This document shows, in pieces, positions 59,401 through 64,000 of a stretch of 64,000 nucleotides of DNA (positions are counted from its first letter, which is position 1; every line of letters starts with the position of its first letter). Origin of the DNA: Reclinomonas americana ATCC 50394 (Eukaryota); assembly GCA_048213135.1 (NCBI GenBank), contig PS015059.1, positions 150,511-214,510 of the forward strand. The letters are read 5' to 3'. The notes below the pieces were generated by a model. It worked only from the letters and a program-made list of their open reading frames with translations, ran no database searches and had not been told where the DNA came from. The position numbers and the translations under genes are program-made.

Positions 59401-62400
59401 ACGGCACCCACCACGCAATAGTAGTAGGTCGTCGAAGGCAGCAGTCCGGTGATGTCAGCCGACACGCCCATCACTGTCGATCCGGCCACGGTCGGCGGCG
59501 AAGCTGTTGCCACTTGCCCACTGCCACCTGCGCCGACATTGGCGGCCACTTGGTCAAACATGAACGTCACCGTGGCAGTGCCGCCGCCACCGGCATTGGC
59601 GGTGCCCTGCAGCGTGGCCACGGTGGCATACACGTCGGTGGCCGCCAGTGTCACTACAGTCACCGGCGGCAACGTGGTGAAGGAGGCCACAGGCATCACC
59701 AACGTGCCTGGAGCATTCGTCGGCACGATTTCCACCGTCCAATAGTACGCGGTGATCGGCTGCAGAGCAGTGAGCGCCACATGCACCGGCGTAGACATGG
59801 TGCCAGAGACGACGGCTGGAGTTGCGGTAATGCGCATGCTCGTCGGTACATTGGCAGCATCGATGTTGAAACGGAAAAACACAGCCACTTGCACGTCGTC
59901 ATTCGGTTGTACGGTGGCATTTAGCGTCACAGTGGTGGCCAGCAGAGCGCTCACCGCGCCTTGCAGTACCGTCGGCACCGGCAGGGTACTGAAGGGAAAG
60001 AATGCGGTGCGAGACGTCGGCAAGTCACCGACCGTCAGCACGATGCGGAACTCGTAGGCCGTCAACGGTGTCAGTGCGCTCAGGGGGGCGCTCACAGACA
60101 CAGTACCGGAGAGAACGCCACTGATGGACGATGGCGAGGCGGCCGCCGTCTGCAACATGGCGCCCATGGAGGTTGTGCGGTATTCAAACAACACTCCCAC
60201 CACGTTGCCGTTTGGTTGGATCGACGCCAGCAGGGTGGCCAGCGTCGCCTGCAGCGCCGATGCCGATGGCGGCGCATCGACCGTGTCCACACTTGGCGGT
60301 GTGAGCGTGGTGAATGACTGTACTGGCGTCGATTGCTGCAGAGGTACGAGTGGCTCGCCGACCGTGCTCACCGTCACGCGATAAAAGTACTNNNNNNNNN
60401 NNNNNNNNNNNGCGTCGCCGGCTGCAGACCGGACAGTGCCGCCGTAAATGTGGCCAGCATTGAGCCGCCGGCGGTCGCCGGCGATGCCGTCACCACCACC
60501 ACGGTGCCTGCGCCGCTCGACACCGCCGCCGACGTCAGGTCGTACTCAAACACAGCCGACACCGCCGTGAGGCCGTGCGGCTGCACGTCGGCCGACAGTG
60601 TGGCGGTGCCGGCTCGCACCAGTGGTGCGGTCACCGAGACAATCGTCGGCGGCGCCAAAGTCGTGAAGAGTACAGTGGATCCGAACTGCGGCGAGAGTCC
60701 ACTAGTCACAGCCTCCACGCGATAGGCGTACGCTGTCGCCGGCGTCAGCGTACCGAGATGGCAAGTCACATTCGTTGCACTGGCCGTGTTCGCCAGCGAC
60801 GACGGCACCGCGGCCACTTGCACCGTGTTGGTGCCAGAGGTCACGTCGGCCATCGACGCTCCCACCACACAATAGATGCTGGTGATGCTGTTCCCCTTGG
60901 GGTCGACCGAGCCGCCTCCGTCGACAAACGTGGCCTGAATGAGAGACAGCGGAGTCGCAGTGGTGACCACTGGTGCCGGCAGCGTCGTGAACGAGCCCAC
61001 AGGAGCCGAGTACTGCACCGGATCACTCGTGCCGGTTGTGCTGACCGCCAGCCGATAGTAGTATGTGGTGGCAGGCTGCAGACCACTGAACGTGTACATC
61101 ACCGCCTGCATCGCCACCCCCGTGGCCACTGACGACGGCGACGCGGGCGCACTGACAAAGCCGGCGCCCGTGCCAGCCAAGAGCACGGCGCTCGACGGTG
61201 CCAGTTCGTATCGCACAGTGACGCCCAGACCACCCGTCGTGTCCACACTGCCAGACACCAGTGCAGTCGTCGCCGTGAGTACCACAGAAGCAGCGGGATC
61301 CAGTTGTGCCGCCGGCGCAAAGCTAGTGGTGAAGCTCCACACGAGACCAGAGTACAGAGCCGTGCCTCCCGAGATCTCTTGCACAAAGGCACGATACGAG
61401 TACGTTGTGTTGGGAATGAGACCAGTGACGGTCACTGCATACGTGTTGCCGTTGGTGCTGGACGACGTGGTCGGCACACCCGCCACCACTCCCACTGTCG
61501 GCACAGGCATCGTCAGGTCGGCAGCCGTCGCACTCACTTGGATCCACGTGGATACAACGCGCCCATCGAACACGTTGATGGTGACTGTGCCCGACAACAC
61601 AGCAGTTGTTGCCGACACGTTGCTGGCATTGGTGGTGGTGTCCACGATGACCGTTGCTTGCGTGGTGAACGATGGCGACGGTGTGCTGAAGACAGGCTGC
61701 GCGTCGCCCGAAAACGTCACCACCATGCGACACACGTAGCTGGTGGTGGCAGAGAGGCCACTGGCTGTACCGTTCACCGTCACGTCACTGGTAGCACCGG
61801 TCGTGATGGGCGACGGCGAGGCCGCAAATGTGATTCCCATATTGCCGTTCAGTAGTGGCACGGTGGTGGCACACTGGAACGACACCGTCACATTCGGATC
61901 GCCATTCGGATTGACTTTACCCTGCAGCGCTACCTCCGTGGCTCGTGCGTTCGTCGGCGCGTCCAGAGTGGCCACCGGCAGCGGCAGTGTCGTGAACGTC
62001 AGTGGAGTGGTGGTGCGAGAGCCGCCAGTGGCCGTGGCCACGGCGCGGAAGGCGTACGCCGAGGCAGCACTCAGACCCGACACTGTCACACTCTTGGTGG
62101 TGACTCCAGTGCCGCTCAGCACCGAGCCAGCCACCGGCACCGATGTTCCCATACCCAACTGCAGCAGCGCATCCGATGCCGCATACTCGAACGCCAGCGT
62201 CACGTCAGGCCCATCCAGTGCGTCGACATCCGCACTAAGCAACACCGATGTGGCGCGTATGGTCGATGCAGCCTGCAGTACCACCGACGGCAACTGCGTC
62301 GTGTGGCGCACCTCAAAGGCGGCGGCAGTCGGCGTGATGTTGGCCACCGTGGCCACCAAGCGCACCGTGTACGACGTGTTGACGGCGAGGCCGCTCACAT

Positions 62401-64000
62401 TCGCACTCACGTCCATCGGCATGGCAGTGATCAGTGGACTGGGAGAGGCCGGTACGGTGACCGCGGTACCCGCACCCATGGCTGTCGCGTAGTACTCGAA
62501 CGACAGACTGACCGAGTCNNNNNNNNNNNNNNNNNNNNGGAACCGTTGCCAGTCACACTGCCGTTCAACGTGAACGACGAGCTGGTGACGGCGGTGGCGG
62601 CTGTGTTGGCCACGGTCGGACGTGCCAGGGTGGTGAATGACTGCACTGGCGCAGTGGCCGTACCAGTGGCCACATCACGCAGTTGGTAATAGTAGGTCGT
62701 CGACGGTTGCAGGTTGACCAGAGCCACCGTCAGATTGGTGACTACCATGCCGCTGGCGGTGGGCGGCGAGGCGGCCACCGCCGTGCCATTGCCACCGGAC
62801 ACATCAGCAGCGCTAACACTGGAGTAGTCGAAGAACAGCGTGCACGAGCCGTTATTGGGATTGACGGTGCCCAGGAGGGTGGTCGAGCCGGCCAGCACAT
62901 TGCTTGTGCCGGTGACGGCCAGTGTTGGTGTCGACAATGTCGAAGCGCTGATGAGGGCGCCGTACAACTCGCGTTGCGTTGGACACTGCACGACGGCTCG
63001 GAACCACACCGTGGCACCAGCACTTAGTCCAGTAAGAGCTGCCGTGAACGGCGTGGTGCCAGTGACGGTGGCGGGAGTGGCCGATGCGGTGGAATAGCTC
63101 GCCGGCGCCGTCGGAGGCGTCAGTGAGCGAATGGTGCTCGTGCCAATGTCGGCAGCAAACAACAGCGGTTGCGTGGTGCTACTGGGAATGAGAACCAGAC
63201 CCTGGAGATTGGTGAAGCGCGCCGTGGTCACCGAGGAACCATCTGTGGAGCCCGTCGATCCGTGCACACCGGCCACGGTTGACACGCTGCCGGTACGCGT
63301 GACACGACGCACGGTGGTGCCACAGGCAACGTACAAGAGGCTGGCGTACCCATCGAACGTCATTTGCGAGGGATTGTTGAAGGTGGCCGCTGTCGCCGTA
63401 CCATCTGCACCGCCTGCCACACCTTGCTGGCCAGCCAGTACATCCGACTGGCCGCTGGCCAGATCCACCCATCGAATGACCTGGTTGACCGAGTCGGCCA
63501 CATACAGACGCCTGGAGGCGGCATCGAGCGCCACACCCTGTGGAGTGTTGAACTGCGGCGTTGCACCCACAACAAAACCGGCGCTGTCGGCCTGACCGCT
63601 GACAGTGCGCACGGCGCCGAGAGCGGTGACGCTGCGTACTGTGTGTGCAGCTGCGTCAACAAGGAACGCCAATCCGAAACCATCGGCGACAATCGCCGTC
63701 GGCTGTCGGAAGGTGGCATACGCACCGGTGCCGTCGGCCACACCGACAGCACTCGGCCGTCCAGCCACCGTACGCACTGCACCCGAGCTCAGATCGACAA
63801 GGCACACTCGCGCGTTGCCCGTGTCGGCCACCCACAGCGAGTTGGACGATGCGTCGTACGCCACTCCCTTCGGTGTGTTGAAGCGCGCCACAGCCGCTGC
63901 GCCATCGGCACGACTTGCCGTTCCCAGCTCGCCCGCCAGGGTCGTCACTGGGATCTGTGCCGTGTCAATCGCCAACTTGCGAATGGTGTGAGTACCACTG
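45956..64000 (-). CDS. Giant polycystin-1-like receptor, 5'-partial: NHL propellers, FN3-like repeats, EGF-like, Ig-like repeats, REJ, GAIN/GPS, multi-TM
   Basis: NHL motifs (ARFNTPKGVA, LWVADTGN); EGF CLNGGRCDNG..; REJ NDLPTVGNVTVTPSRG..FTF..GFRDPD; GPS CVYWN..WRSDGC..CECNHLTDFS; TM1 then EHSWIS..FRRTQKLT and NEPIK; the junctions I checked join in frame through GT-AG introns (not every internal junction was traced); two N gaps inside. Confidence 0.75.
60392..60411. other. Assembly gap (20 N)
   Basis: Run of n. Confidence 1.
62519..62538. other. Assembly gap (20 N)
   Basis: Run of n. Confidence 1.

Noticed and set aside
60374-62540. Apparent frameshifts splitting the NHL/FN3 ORF into three
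   Set aside because: Frame changes coincide exactly with fixed-length 20-N gaps.
1-64000. Alternative genetic code or stop-codon readthrough to explain fragmented ORFs
   Set aside because: The interruptions I examined are explained by GT/GC-AG introns, and all three stop codons end conserved genes.

Overview
Gene-dense, intron-rich eukaryotic (protist-like) nuclear DNA, GC-rich, standard genetic code (TAA, TAG and TGA all end conserved genes), introns mostly 60-110 nt, three 20-N assembly gaps. I could not identify the organism. By hand-splicing exons I reconstruct 22 genes. Recognisable housekeeping genes: PAF1, GCSH, RAD51B, CD2BP2, GMPPB, DBT, an SLC25 carrier, FCF1, RPE, WDR83, plus BTB-TLDc, GRAM-VASt and PUB-UBX proteins. 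Less usual genes: two tandem secreted paralogs, a divergent SF2 helicase, a triple PsbP/Mog1-like membrane protein, a bacterial-type Asp/Glu racemase, an FYR + MCRS_N fusion, and a >18 kb polycystin-1-like receptor gene (NHL/FN3/EGF/REJ/GPS/TM) that runs off the window end. The strongest signal is in the splicing code: at least 37 introns, many fixed by conserved protein motifs, use a one-nucleotide-shifted donor (GTTGCG, GTTACG, GTTGAG) alongside the ordinary GTGCG/GTACG/GTGAG, and almost never have G at exon position -1. Candidate 2-nt and 7-nt microexons are also present. All gene models are manual and lack transcript support; CDS coordinates span introns.
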